This document shows, in pieces, positions 1-14,601 of a DNA stretch of 64,000 nt. The notes under the pieces are model-generated. The model ran no database searches and had not been told where the DNA came from. It saw nothing but the letters and a program-made list of their open reading frames with translations. The stretch's first letter is position 1; every line of letters begins with the position of its first letter. The translations under genes and the position numbers were made by a program. Origin of the DNA: Dictyostelium discoideum (taxonomy: Eukaryota); contig CM000151.3 of NCBI GenBank assembly GCA_000004695.1, positions 1,344,001 through 1,408,000 of the forward strand, written 5' to 3'.

Positions 1-2005
1 TTCAGGTATAGTAATAGTTGATAATTGATTTAATTGTAATTTTATTGCTTCAATCTCTGTTGAGAGAGAATTACTTTCATCTTGTAATGATTTAATAGTT
101 GATTTTAATTGATTAATAGTTTGACAATCCTCTCTAATTGAAGATAATAATTGTTGATTCTCTTGATTCTTTTGATTATTTATTTTATTTAACTCATTAA
201 TTTGTTCAGAATAATCATTTATTAAACAATTTAGTGAATCCTTTTCAGAGTTTATATTTACAATTGTATGATTTAAAGTTGTAATCTTTTCTTGAAATTT
301 ATTTAAACTTTCAGATTGATCTAATTTCATTTGTTCAATTTGATTCTCTTTCTCTTTTAGTTGATCTTGATGAGTTGAATTTAAATTCTCAATTATTGAA
401 TATAATGATTCAAGTTCTTTTTTATTAGTTGTTAATTTATCTTGATGATTTGAGATTAAAAGTATTGAGTTTTCAAGTTTAATCTTTAAATCATTGTTTT
501 CATTAGTGATTGTATTGATTTGGTCATTGGAATCCGATTGTTTATCATTTAATGATTGTAAATCTGAATTTAAATTATCAATTTCCTTTTGTTTATCAAT
601 GATTTCATTGATTCTTTGAGTTAATAATGATTGTTGATTTGAATTTCTTTCAATTTGATCATCTAATTTCTTTTTTAATTCATTAAAATCAAAAGAGAGT
701 TGTTGTTTTTCAATTTGATATTCATTTGAAATATTATTAAATTCTAAATTCAATTTATTATAATTTAATTTTGAAAGTGATAAATCATCTAATAACTTTG
801 AATAATTATTTGATTTAGTGTCAAGTTGTGATTTTAAATCTTTTAGATCTTTATCTTGTTCAGTGATTAAAATTTGATAATCATTATTCTCCTTTGAGAT
901 TTTATCAATCAATGATTTCGATTCGGTTCTTTCATTCTTTAATTTTTCATTTATTTCTTTATTCAATTGAGACACTGATTTCAGATTCTCTTGATATTCA
1001 GAGATTAACGATTGGTAACGTTCATTATCATCATCAGAGGTTGATTGTAAATCCGATACTTGGATTTGTAAATCCATAATTAAAATTTCAGATTCTTTAA
1101 GTTTCTCTTGCTCACTCTTTAGTTTATCACTTACAAATTCAAGTTTCTCCTCCAACTCTGTCATTATCAAAGTGGATGTTGATATCTCCTCGCTTTGGAT
1201 ATCAATGATTTGCTGATTCTTTTCATTATCTGCATTGAATTGATGTTGTAATTCTCTCAACTCTTTTTCATATTGCTGTTGTTTATCTCGTAATTGTTGT
1301 ATCATGATATCCTTATTTTCAATCTTACTCCTTTGATTGGACTCTTGCTCTTTGCTATCAGTTAATTGTTCTTGTAATTGTTGGATTTCAATCTCCATTT
1401 TCCCCATCTCCTTATTAGATTGCAATAAATATGATTTATTCTCTTTATTGGAATTCTCTAAATGCACTATCCTAACTTCTAAATTTGATTTATCACACCT
1501 TAATTTATCAGTTTCATTTATAAGTTTCTCTAATTTCTCTGTTTGTATTTCAATTTGTTTATTTGTTTTATCTTCAAATTCTCTCATCTCTTTTTGATGT
1601 TGTTTCTCCAAATTCCCTTTTTCAACTTTTAATTGATCAATTAATTCACAAACTTTTTGATGATTCGTTTTAGTTTGTTTTAATATTTCTTGTAATTTTT
1701 TAATTTCAATTTGACCATTATTAAATTTTTCTTCAACTAATTTTAACTAATAATAATAATAAAAAAAAATTAATAATTTTATTATTATATTATTATTATT
1801 ATTATTTTTTAAATATATATATATATATACATACTTCAGATAAAATTTTATTTTTTTCATTCTTTAATTCTGTTGCTGTTTTTTGAGTAACTTTTAAAAC
1901 ATCAGCTTGATTATCAAATTGTTGAGCTTTTTGTTTTATTCGTTTCTTTAAATCTTCATTTTCATCTTCAAGATGTTTTATCTTTTCATGTTGGTCTTTA
2001 TTCAT
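1..2005 (-). CDS. Long coiled-coil protein (myosin-tail/SMC-like heptad-rich), 5' part. Exon 1 is 1835..2005 (ATG at 2005). An 88-nt intron lies at 1747..1834. Exon 2 runs 1746..1 and continues beyond the window start.
   Basis: The minus-strand frame (codon start positions congruent to 1746 mod 3) was checked for stops over positions 1-360 and spot-checked elsewhere; it is open and encodes E/K/Q/L-rich heptads. Exon 1 encodes MNKDQHEKIKHLEDENEDLKK...ILSE. The donor is GTATGT and the acceptor TTAG, both phase 0. The rest of the frame was translated by eye only, not checked codon by codon. Confidence 0.7.
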
Positions 2006-2615
2006 CTATGTATGTATTTATTATTTATTTAATTAAAAAAAAAAAAAAAATGTTATATAATATAATTTTTAATTTTTTTTAATGGATAAATAATTTATTT
2101 GTTAAGGTATGTTTAAAATAATATAATAAACATTTTTTTTTTCATTTTTTTTTTTAATTTTTATTTTTTTTTATGGAAAACTAAACATAACAGCTTTTTT
2201 TTTTTTTGGATTTTTTGGCGCAAAAAATGTTTGTATTGTTTTTTTTTAAAAAAAAGATATTTTGGGGAAAATTGGAAACAAAAAAAATAAAAATATAAAT
2301 AAAAAATAATCGATCAAAATTTTTTCTAAAAATATATGTTTTAATGAAAATATGTTTTTTTTTTTTTTTTTTTTTTTATTGGGTAGTATTTATAACTTTC
2401 AATAAAGATATATAAGGTTCAATTTTTAATTTTGAGAAAGAATCTTTAAATAATTGTTTGTTTTCCTTTGATAATTCTTTATTGAAATAAAATTCTGATG
2501 CTATAATAATAAACAATTTTTCATTTGTTTGAATTTTTGATGCAAATTCAGATTCCCTATAAAAATTTAATAAAATTAGTAAAATTTTTTTTTTTTTTAT
2601 AAATTAAATAAATAA

Positions 2616-2646
<31 letters not shown>

Positions 2647-2648
<2 letters not shown>

Positions 2649-5600
2649 ATAATACAAACAATAATTTAAAAGATCTTTTTGGTGAAGAAGTTAAAAATAA
2701 ATAAGTTAAAGCCCATAAACAATGAGTTGGATTTTGAATTTGGAAAAAATTTTGTAAACAAATGATAATCCAATAGTTGATTAAATGTTGATTTGTATTT
2801 TCAGAAGTATCATTTTCAACCAAGAAATCGAAAACCTTTGAAATGATTTGACACATTAATTTTGAGTTTGTTTTACTTTGTTTTAAAAATTCACCTAAAA
2901 TAAAGGATAAAACTTGATCGACTGAAGGGAATAAATCTACGATTACAACTGGTAATACCTCTGATAATACATGAGATTCGTATGAGAAATGAGAGACTAA
3001 ACGAATCTTATCGAATAACATCTTAACTTTTTCCATATTATTTACACGTGAGAATTTCTGTCTATCCAATGATGATAATGGATCACCACCACCACCACCA
3101 TTGATTAATGAATTACCACCACTACCACTATAATTATCATCCATAATAAAAGAGGACATAACCGAGTCCAATGCAGAGTTTAATGGTGATTCTATAGAAC
3201 TTGAACTGAATGAACCTTCAAATGCTGTCAATGAATTAACACCACCACTACCAATGGATGAGATGGATGATTTAGTGAACGATGGTGAATTGATACCAGT
3301 TTCATCACCGGTATAGATACAAGTAACCATTAAACCCAATGCAAGTAATGATCTAATTGGATTCTCTGATGGTAATGATTTCAAAGAGAAATGAGAGATC
3401 AATTCACGTTGTGAATGACTTAATGAAAATGAAACCAATAAACGATCCAAACCTCTGAAAACACCATAAACGATTGGTACAGGTGTGGATTGTTGTTGAC
3501 CCAATTGAATACATGTAGTAACGGCACGTTTTGTAAATAATGTTTCCTCTGCTTCTCTACTATACTGTTCAATCATTAAAAACATTGTTGCCAATACACG
3601 TAATGTCAATGATACCGGTGGGAAAGGTACACTTGATAGTCTAGTTGGTATCCAACGGAAAAGGAATTGTAGTAATGAACCTTGGATATATTTGTTGACT
3701 TTACCTTCCAATAGATAAAGTATGCCATCCAATGCACTAACTTGTAAAGAGATATTTTGATGATCCAATGCCGATTTCAACATTTCAAATATACCAACAC
3801 TATGAGCATTACTATCGCCAACATTTGGTGGTGTTTGTAAAATTGCAATACCTTTACAAATACCTAAAATCAAATGTTGTTTCAAAAGGAAATCATCAAT
3901 TTCATCTTGAGCATAAATTGTTGTAAAAGTTTTAAACATCCATATCACTTGTTCACGATTGAATAAATCTGATAACAATACTGTCGATTTCAATATATCT
4001 TTCTTTAACATTGGTGGACACATTGGGTTAACCAAGAAACTTTCAAAAGATTCTAAAAGTTTTTGAATGATTGGTGTGAAATTTACACCAATGAAATAAG
4101 GAGTTTTAAATAGACGTAAATCTGATAAGGAGATTTGATCGGAGCCAAATTGATTTGAAGAGAATGAACGTTCAATATTGAAATGATAAGCTGATAGAGA
4201 GGAGGAGGACATATTTTGATGATTACCACTGCTTTCACCAAACATTGACGAACTTGAGCTAACCGATTCAATGGCACCACCCAATGGTAGCTCTGATTGT
4301 GGCATATCGCCATAAATGGTTGAAAGAAGATGATTTAATTTCTTACCAGTTGGAGTATTTAAAAACATTAAATCCTTTTCACGTGGAATATGATTATAGG
4401 TTGACTTTGGTATGGTAGAGGTTTCCAATAGATTCACTTGACTATTAACACCAGTGACTTCAAAACACACTTTAATAATCATTGTAGCCATACCAGATAG
4501 AGACAAACATTTGCACTCCTCTGTAATTTCATCGCTACCCATTTCAGCGTCACCCAAAGGTGAAACGAAAATTGGTTCCAACATTTCCCAAATCTGTTTA
4601 AATTTGAATTCATCATCGATATCAACGAAATGAATGAAACTGACCAAAGCTTTAATATTTTGTTCAGGTGAAACATTACTTGAAAATATTGGACAATTTG
4701 GAATGATACCACCACCAAATTCATCCTCTGATGAAGTTGATACGGTTGGATAAATGAAATCGAATGCTTTGGTTGACAAGGGTATGATTGCACGTATAAA
4801 ACTATCGAATATTAATTGACCAATATGTGATCCGGGCATTGGGGTATAGGATTTGACATTGGTTAACAAAGAAACCAAGAATTTAATCATTTCATTTGAT
4901 TGAGTCAATGAGATTTGAGTTGGATCTTGTGAAAAATTCTCTTCCAATTCTCTTTGACCTGAAATGTAACCAAAATGAGGTCTAATCACCAAACAATACA
5001 GTTTATAAAGACAAAGTAACAAAGAACACCATTCACTATCATCTGTTATAGTTAGAATGGAAGCGGTACTCTTTAGAATGATTGAACGGGATAACTCCAA
5101 AACCAATTTAAAATCATATGGATTAATAATTTCAGCACGCCATCTTCTAAAGCTTTCAATGAAAGCCCAAGTTGAAACTTTAAGTAATTTTGATTCACAA
5201 AGTTCGCCCAATCCAAATTTATTGATGAAATTTGATAAACATCTAGTGGTCTCTCTTAATTCATCCCAAACTGAATCCGATAGAAATGGTGGACCACCCT
5301 TCAATGGATCAGTACCAATTTCACCTGCCAACCCTAATAAAGTATCAACTTTTTTCAATAAATAAGCTTGAATTTCATCTTGAAACTCTAAACTATAAAC
5401 AGAAGAAATAAACGCTGGTAATAATGTACCATCCAATGATTTAGATTCTAATAAACTAATAGTAGCATCTTTATCAATTTGTGATAATATTGAAATATTA
5501 TTAAAACTATGTTGATTTAAATTATTTGAATAATATCTTGATTTAATTAATTCAACAAAATAATCCCATGGTACAGTTTTTAAATCTGAAATTTGATTAT

Positions 5601-7149
5601 TTTTTTTAATTGTTTCAATTTGTAATTGAATTAATTTTTCAATATTATTTCCTTCTTCTTCTTCTTTTACTTTTTCTTTTTCTTTTTCTTTTTCTTCTTC
5701 TTCTTTTTCAATTATATTATTATTATTATTATTATTATTATTTGTTAATTCTTTTTCTTTTAATTTTTCAATTACATTATTATGAGTTGGTGTTATACCT
5801 TGATAAGCTGAAGATGGTGATAAATTTTTAATTAATTTTAAGAATAAAGATTGAACTGATTGATTTGTAGTTGATTTTACAAAATTTGACATGAAAATTT
5901 GATAAAGTTCTTGAATGATCTCTAAAGAATTTTGTGGACCATAAGTTTCAATTAAATTATTAATATTTAAATTTAAGATACGTTCCCCTGAAACTTGTAA
6001 ACTAATATCATCAGTTTGTAAGAAATTAACGATTAACAATTCTAAAGTCTCTCTATTTGCTGGTAAATAAGATAAAAGACGTAATAGTTTTTGTTTTTTT
6101 CTAAGATCCAATGAATTTGAAACTCTAGAGAATATTTTCACCAAATGTTGTGTAAATATTTCAATATATTGATTTTGATCAGAATTTGAACCACCTTTAA
6201 CTAGGAATTCAATCAACTTCTTTACAGTGGATTCATTAATTAATAAAACAATCTTATCTAAAAATGTTTCACTTAATTCAATATTTTGTGATTTCAATAC
6301 AACAATCGATTGACAATATAATAAAAATATGATATGATGAGTTAAAAAGTGCTCACAACCACAACTTTGCCAATTATTTGATAATGCATATTGTTTCCAA
6401 ACCAAATCTGCACCTTCGATAACTTGTTGATTTGGTAATCTACCTAATAACAATAATAGCTTAACAGCATGGATTGATGTACTTGTACCACCATATGATA
6501 ATAAACTTGTTGTTATCTCTTGAATGATTGTACCATTATCTAATGCCAATATACCTTTTAATGAATCCATAAACAAGTTAATCGTTGAGGAACTACCACC
6601 AACAGTTGGTGAAAGTAATAATGAAGATGATGGTTGTTTCATTAATGATGATCCCATTGCCATTGTTGTTACTGTTATTGTTGACGATGATGATGATGAC
6701 AATGGTGATACACTACCACTGCCAGTAGTAGTATTGGTAGCACCAAAATTTGGACTATTTGATAATGATTGTGCAGAAATATGTGGTACTAAATTCTTAT
6801 TGAAAAATATTGAACTATAATATAAAAGATGATTTATCAATTGAGTGAATAATACATTCTTTGGTTTATACAATGAAAATACTGATACAGCATTACGAAT
6901 TAATTTCAATAATAAAGTTGAAATGATTGCTGCACTTGGACCTGGTTGATGTTTATTATCATGATTCGATAAAAATCTTGATTGTCTTGCAGCTGAAATT
7001 CTAGCTTCTTCTGGTAATTTACAACCTGTTCTTAATAATACTAATAATGGTGGTAACCATCTTAATTCATATGCTTCTAAAATACTTTCACGTAATAATA
7101 ATATACGTTTTCTAATTAATGGATCACTTGGTGTTGTTGTGGTTGTATT

Positions 7150-7181
<32 letters not shown>

Positions 7182-7692
7182 ACGATGATGATGATGGTGA
7201 GGTTGCAGTTGATGATGACGATGACGATGATGATGTTGATTTATTTACAAATTGTGGTGAAACTGATAATAAAGCATCAGCCCATCTTGCAGCAGATAAA
7301 GATGAACTATGAAGTTTATCAATTAAAACATATAATCTTTCAACCTCTTCAATTGAATTAATAATGAAAAATGGTGAATCACCAAGTGATAAATTTGTAA
7401 ATAATTGATGAGAAATTTGTTGAGAGAATTTTTGATGTAATGTACTATTTGGTTGAACGATTGTAACAATTAAAATTAAAATATCAATTGTTTGAGAATA
7501 TTGTAAATTTGATAATAAAAAACTTAAAAATCGTTCTCTAAAATCTGTATCTGGATATTTATCATTTGGATCATATAAATATCTAACAAAAGAATGACAA
7601 TTTTCAATAATAGTTGGTATTGTATAACTATATGGGTGTGAACTATTATTACCAATTACTGTACTATTATTTAATGACTGACTAGAATTTGA

Positions 7693-7761
<69 letters not shown>

Positions 7762-10700
7762 TGATGAAATATTTGGTGTTGAATTTAATGATTGGCTTTT
7801 ATTTTGATTAGTTTGTTGTTGTTGTTGTGGTGGTGGTTGGAAAAATAATTTTTTAATATCATCAATACTAACTGAAGAATCTGGGAATAATTTTCTATAA
7901 ATAAACATTGAACCTAATAAATCATAACTATAAGATAATACTTGATTTGGTTTTGATAATAGACAATGAGTTTCTTTTAATTCTTCAATGAAATAAGTTG
8001 GGAAATGATTTTCTTTATCGAATAATGATAAGTCTAAACCAAATTTACTTAATTTACTAAGCATCAATAGGATAGCAATTTTCAATTCATGTGAATGTGT
8101 AGTTTGATATTCAATCATTGAGCCAATGATTAATGGTTCAAATAATTTGAAATTTAATTTTCTATCTTCATTGGAAATGATACGATTAATCTCTGAATTA
8201 CTATAACTATAATTAATATTATGACTTGATGGTACTTCATTGATGAAATCATAATGTTGTTTAAGATTTGGTGTACCAAAGGTTAACAATGATGAAAACA
8301 CTGATCTAGAATTTAAAAACATTTCATCATGTGAATTACTACTACTTGAATGTGATTCAATTGATCTTGGTTCATATTGTTTCAATGAGGATGAAGATGA
8401 ATTAATACCACCACTGCCACCACCACCACCGCCACCAGTACTAATGAAACCACCACCAATATTCAAATCTCTTGATTTTTGTGATAATGAACTAATTGAT
8501 ACAATTGGTGTTGGTTTCATAGTTACTAAAAATAATTCATTTATACATTTAATTACTGATACAGGTTCTTGTTCGAAATGAGTCGTTAAATAACCAATGA
8601 TCTCTTCTGTATAGGGTAATATAGTTTTACCAGCACATTTTAACATTACTGATAAAGTTTCAAAACATGCTTGTCTAAGTTGAGAAAATCTATCAATACC
8701 AAAAATTGTGATTGAATTAATACGAGCTGTTAAAAGTTTTGAATAAAGTTTGATATAATGTATCGAATGAGTGAAAGAACCTAAATGAGTTGGTGCCTTG
8801 AGTAGTGGTGAATTTACATGAATACCACTTGGATTTGATTTAACCTCTTTCAAAGGTGGTGTAGGTCTAAACTGAATGATATTAGTTGCAATATTGATAA
8901 TACGTACTATATGGCGCAATACATTATGACAATAGGTGCCAAGTACATTCTCAGCACCCCTACTAAGATAACCCAATATCTCAATGATATCAATATGAAC
9001 ATCGAAATCTGTTGCAACCCAAGTCAAACCAACCCTATCCAAAGCCAATGGTAAAATATCGCCAACAAATGATAACATTGGATTTGCTAAAACCGAAGAA
9101 AGTGTACGACACTGTTCTGGTGTATCGGGTGGGAATGAATAGGTTTTACAAATTAAATTTAAAGCACCATAACAACCACGTATCTTATCATCTGGATGTG
9201 GATTTGAAAGTTGATTAACCAATAAACCAATAACATGTGAAAGATTTGCAAATATCTTTCTCTTTCTTAATACAGTATTCTCATAATCTTGAACATCAAA
9301 TGTCTCTCTAACCTTACTAGATATACCCTTCATTGAATGACGTTCCAATGGTGCTGTGAATACAAGTTTTGGTATAACTCTAACCAATGATTTACCTGCA
9401 CTATTTCTAACTCTAAAATCATTATCACTTAATTGTTCAATTAAAAAATCTAAAACTTTTGATTGAATTGGTATTGCAACTGCGCCACCAGTTTCTGAAT
9501 TATTCTTATTATTATTACTATTATTGCTATTATTATTATTTTCATTAATTTTTATTGATGAAGTTGAAATTGATAAATTTGGACCATTTATAACGACATT
9601 CATTACATTTGATTTTTGTTGAATATTTTGTTCAAGATATTCAATTACAATATAGTCAATCATTGATAAAGTTTCTAGAATTTCCAATTTAACTAACCAA
9701 TAAGTTGAACTACTAACACAAAGTAAATGACGTAATGTTACCAATGCCCAATCAGAGAATTTACTTTGTGATAGAATTGGTAAACATTCACTAATACCTG
9801 TACAAGCTAATTTCGCAGTTATCGAACTTGAATCCATTAATGCACGTAATAAAAATATTAATAAAGTTGGAATTGATAGATTATCTTCTAGCAATGCTAT
9901 ATTGGTTGGATAGATTTGATTACTGGTTATATGATCGGTTTCAAGATAACCTCTAATTAAACAACCAATCATCAATGCTGTACCTCCTCTAAGTAATGGA
10001 TCACTATCATTTAAATAATATAAAAACTCTTCTTTAGGTTCTAAACTAAATGTATGATTTGATACACCTGTTGTACTATTAATTCCACTCATTGTTGATG
10101 ATGTTAAATTATGTTGTTGTTGTTGTTGTTGCTGTTGTTGTTGTTGTTGTTGTTGTTGCTGTTGTTGTTGAGTAATTGGTGTAAACAATTTAAAATTTAA
10201 ATCAGAAGGTGAAATATTTAATAAATAATCTCTACAAATATGATCTTCTGCTGATGTTACTGTATTTGAATCAATAGTTGAAGGTTGATGTTTAAAAAAT
10301 TCATCATTAAATAATTTTGGAAAGAATTTTACAGATTGTGCTAAACAATTTAAAACTACAGCTTTTAAACTAACTCTAATCGATGATTGTTGATTAAAAC
10401 ATAAATGTCTAAGTTGAGCAATCACTTCTCTAACCAATGGTTTTGGCCAACTATATTCATAAGGTCCAAATGTTACCAATAATTGTTGTAATAACTCTAA
10501 ACTTAATCCAACAATATTATGATCATATGGTTCACCATCAATTGGTACTTGAATATATTTTAATATAAAATGTACGAAAAATTGAATCTTTAATGAAAAT
10601 CCATCTAAAATTTTAATATCATTTGCTTTTTTTTTTTAAAAAAAAAAAAATAATTAGTATATTATGTAAAAAATAAATTAATAAATTAATAAATAAATTA

Positions 10701-11925
10701 ATACTTACATGATAATTCTTCAGCTAATTTAATTAATTGTAAATAAGAGAATAAAACACCTAATATTTTTGAATTTTGTAAAGTATTTGTATTACTACTT
10801 GCAGGTATACATGATGCTGAAGTAATTGAAGAGATTGGTGGAGAATTTGGAAAAGTGAAATTGTATAGAAATTCAATTGTAAATTCAAACAATGGTCTTG
10901 GATGATATCTACAAATGGATGTTATGGATAGGGAGGCAGCACGACGCACTGCTGCAGATGGTTGTTGAAGATTTCTACTGAATAGATCAATCAATTGATG
11001 AACTTCGTTCTCCTTTAAGTAGGGTATTAAAATTTTGGAGATGTTCTCCATCGAGATTGAAATACTCTCCTGTAATGACTCATCCTCAATGATACTCAAC
11101 AAACTATTGATTGGTGGTACCAATGATAATATATACTTTCTACATTTCGATGGTCTAATAAAACTACAAATCTCTCCAAACTTTATCAATGCAATACGTT
11201 GTGATTTCAATGGAAATGGTTTGGATAATATTTGATTTGCTGTATTAAATATTGAATTTGCATTACCATTACTATTATTCGTATTATTTCCTGGTGTCGT
11301 ATTTCCACTATTATTATTACTACTACTATTACTATTACTATTACTATTACTATTACTATTACTACTAAAATTATTATATAAATTATTTGATGAATTTGAT
11401 GTTGAATGTGATGGTGATTGAGTCGATGGTGATTGTTGGTAATTTGGTGTGGTTGGTACTGATGGTGTCACTGAATTTTGTGATAAATGATCTGTTAAAT
11501 TGGTTGATAATCTCTTTTCATTATTATGTTGATGTGGTTTACCTTTTAAAACTTTAAATAATTCAAATAATATTCTTTCATGATATGAATATACTAAAAT
11601 CTAAAATAAATAATAATAATAATTAGAAATCAATAAAAAACAATGATCAATTATGATGATTGAAATAATAACTTACTTTTATAGTTCTATTTAAACTTTC
11701 TTCAGCAACAGAATAAACATTTAAATCTTTATCACCATGTGCTCTTAAGAGTAATGAGATTGCAATTGATAAAAATCTTGGAAAATCTGCTGTATTTCTA
11801 AGTGATGGTGCACATATTTGCTCTGAAATCGTTCTACATGCTTCAATCTTTTCTTTCCTTAAATTTTGATCCTCTGTATCTATTGGTGATGCTGATAATA
11901 TATCTAATCCACGAATAAGATCCAT
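2647..11925 (-). CDS. htt: Huntingtin orthologue. Exon 1 is 11677..11925, exon 2 is 10709..11600, and exon 3 is 2647..10625. The two introns are 76 and 83 nt. The product is about 3039 aa.
   Basis: Direct alignment to human HTT that I could read off. EKIEACRTISEQICAPSLRNTADFPRFLSIAISLLLRAHGDKDLNVYSVAEESLNRTIK matches human [72 protein letters not shown]...STYWLVKLEILETL matches VTCKLACTAVRNCV...SSYWLVRTELLETL. C-terminal LLALGLMVTCIYTGDE matches MAALGLMLTCMYTGKE. Splice phases were checked (exon 1 ends in phase 0, exon 2 in phase 1, and exon 3 restores the frame). There is an internal polyQ of about 21 residues, plus polyN and polyS tracts. The start ATG at 11925 sits in an A-rich context. 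Confidence 0.9.
10113..10170 (-). repeat. A (CAA/CAG)n run, read as (ttg)n on the plus strand, encoding the huntingtin polyQ tract of about 21 Q.
   Basis: The nucleotide run was read directly and it coincides with [28 protein letters not shown] in the htt translation. Confidence 0.9.
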
Positions 11926-12602
11926 CTTTTTTTTTTATAAAAAAAAATCTATCTATCTATATTTTGTGTATTATATGTTTATATTATAGGTGTATTATTG
12001 TGTGCTTTATATACGAATATAATTATTTGGTATTTATATAATTATTATTATTATTATCTACTATTATTTTTGCTGTGGTGTGTGAGAGTGTGTGTTGTGG
12101 AATAAAATAAAATGGGTGGTGGAAAATTGAGGATGAAAGGGTGGTATTTAAATATATTTAAAAAAAAAAAAACAATAAATAAATAAATAAATAAAAAATT
12201 TAAATTTTAGTATGTCTATAGACAAAATATCTATATAATACTATTGTTTAACCAAACAAATAATATACGTGTGATAGTTTGGGAAAGACAAAAAAAAAAA
12301 AAAATTTTTAAAAAAAAAATTAAAAAAAAAAAGGGAAAAAAAAGAAATTTTTTTGCCCCAAGAGTATTTCAATTTTTTTAATTAAAAAAAAAAAAATTAA
12401 AAAAATTAAAAAAAAAAAAAATAATTAAAAAAAAAATTAAAAAAAAAAAAAAATATTTATAAAAAAAAAAAAAAAAAAAAAAAGTTAGCACCTTTATTGC
12501 AATTTATTTAATAACTGTAGTAATAAACATATTAAAAATTACTATTATAAAATAATTTAATAATAATATTATAATAATAATAATAATAAAATAATAATAA
12601 TA
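11926..12602. promoter_or_regulatory. Divergent (head-to-head) intergenic region shared by htt (minus) and the carrier gene (plus). It contains a G/T-rich island at about 12040-12135.
   Basis: 677 bp lie between two divergent ATGs. The segment tgctgtggtgtgtgagagtgtgtgttgtgg...gggtggtgg...agggtggt stands out against a background above 90% AT. Long A-runs lie at 12290-12480. Confidence 0.4.
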
Positions 12603-13882
12603 ATGTCAGAGAAAATCCATATCACCCAAAACTCAGGAAATGTAGATCACACCGTAGAAGCTTTAGGACATGCAATCTCAGGTGGTGTTGCAGGTATGGC
12701 CGCTATTGCCTTAACCTATCCATTTTCAACTGTTTCAACTCGTTTACAAGGTATTTATTTATTTTATTTTATTTTTATTAAAAATAAAATTACCAATATT
12801 AATATTAATTTTAAAATTTAAAAAATAAAAATAAAAAAAAAAAAAAAATAAAAAGTTCAACAAAAGAAACAACAACAAGGACAACAAAGTGAAATTACAA
12901 CAGTTCCATATAAGAATTCAATTGATGCATTTAAAAGAATTATTAAAGAAGAGAATTGGAGAACATTATACAGTGGTTTGAAATCAGCACTCATTGGTAT
13001 TGGTGCATCATCATTTGTTTATTACTATTGGTATACTTTATTAAAATCAATTTCTTTAAAATTAAAAAATAAACAAGAACTTGGTACAATTGAAAATTTA
13101 GCAATTGCTGCATTAGCAGGTAAGTCTTAATAATAATAATAATAATAATTTTATTTATATATATATTAAATATTAAATATTAATATTAATATATATTTTT
13201 ATAGGTTGTGCAAATGTTTTAACAACCTTACCAATTTGGGTTGTAAATACCCGTTTACAAATTAATTCCGATAAGGGTATTGTTGGACAATTCAAATACA
13301 TTATTAAGAATGAAGGATTTGGTGGATTATACAAAGGTTTAATTCCAGCTTTAATCTTAGTTTCAAATCCATCTGTTCAATTTGTTTCATACGAAAAATT
13401 AAGAGCACTTTGGAGAAGACAAAGTGGTAGAACTAAATTAGTAAGTCGAGAAATTAAAATTATATATTTAAAAAAAAAAAAAAAAAAAAAAAAAGTCAAA
13501 AATTTATTAATTTGTTTTTATTTTAATTTTTTTTAAAAAGGGTGGATTAGAAGTATTCATTTTAGGTGCAATTGCAAAATTAATTGCTGGTATTGTTACA
13601 TATCCATATCTTTTAGTTAAAAGTAGATTACAATCACAATCTGGTAATGCAAGCAACCCAGAATCACAACAACAACAATATAAAGGTACACTTGATGCCA
13701 TCGGTAAGATTTTCAAAAGTGATGGATTTTTAGGTTTCTTTAAAGGAATGCCATCAAAAATGGTTCAAACAGTTATTGGTGCTGCCTTTATGTTTTTAGT
13801 AAAGGATAAAGTAGTAATTCATGCTGTAGCAATCTTATTCTACTTAAAGAGATTATTAAACAAGAATAATAAAAGAGTTTAA
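12603..13882 (+). CDS. Mitochondrial-carrier-family protein of the peroxisomal adenine-nucleotide carrier type (PMP34/SLC25A17-like). There are 4 exons (12603..12750, 12856..13119, 13205..13440 and 13541..13882), giving about 329 aa.
   Basis: Three carrier repeats are present: YPFSTVSTRLQ, PIWVVNTRLQ and YPYLLVKSRLQ. Segments align to human SLC25A17. TTLPIWVVNTRLQ matches LLTTPLWVVNTRLKLQ. NPSVQFVSYEKLRALW matches NPAIQFMFYEGLKRQL. FILGAIAKLIAGIVTYP matches FIIGAVAKAIATTVTYP. The introns are GTATTT..AAAAG, GTAAGT..TATAG and GTAAGT..AAAAG, with phases verified. Confidence 0.85.
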
Positions 13883-14011
13883 AAAAAAAAACAGAAAAAC
13901 AGAAAAACACAAAATAAAATAAAAACACATTCACATGGTTGTGTGTATAATTTAAATTTTAATTAAAATAATAAGTCTTTTTTTATTTTTTTTTACTTTT
14001 TTATTTTTTTT

Positions 14012-14601
14012 TTAACTTTGCAAAGGTAAAATTTCTTCAGTTGCAAATATTTCAATTTCAATAGTTATTGAATCATTTATCAAAAATCCATTTGCATCAT
14101 TTAAAAGGTCAGCTCTTTTAATGAATTGAGAGGAACCATAACCAGCTGAACCATTTTCAGAATCATATTTTTGACAACCTCTCTTTTCATAAACTTCATC
14201 AGAAATTTGATTATTTACTAAATGAATATAATAATTTACAATGATAGATTTATCATCTTGAGTTTTGTATAAAAAGATTGAACAATAATTTAACTTCTTT
14301 TTACCAAAAGGGAACCATTTTAAAAAGAATGTTGAATTACCAATCTTAAATAATGGTGATTTGATATAATCCTTTGATATACCCTGTTGTTCTTGTTCAG
14401 AGTAATTTGAAATTACCCATTTATTTTTATAAACTGCTTGTGGTAATGATCCACCATTTGGACTATCACTCATTTGAACATTATTAATATTATTATTATT
14501 ATTATTAATAAAATGACTATTACTATTATTATTTTGTTGAGATTGTTGGGATTGTTGTTGTTGTTGAGATTGTTGTTGTTGTTGAGATTGTTGTTGTTGA
14601 G

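Noticed and set aside
894-1597. Plus-strand ORFs at 894..1079 and 1337..1597.
   Set aside because: They are antisense shadows of the minus-strand coiled-coil gene. The translations are hydrophobic nonsense.
5610-7361. Plus-strand ORFs at 5610..5831, 6524..6820 and 7119..7361, made of poly-L, poly-Y and poly-M.
   Set aside because: They are the opposite strand of huntingtin exon 3, repeat-driven open frames with no homology.
12603-12821. The 72-aa tail of ORF 12603..12821 (..GIYLFYFIFIKNKITNININFKI).
   Set aside because: It is read-through into intron 1 of the carrier gene. Splicing at 12750 gives the conserved carrier sequence instead.
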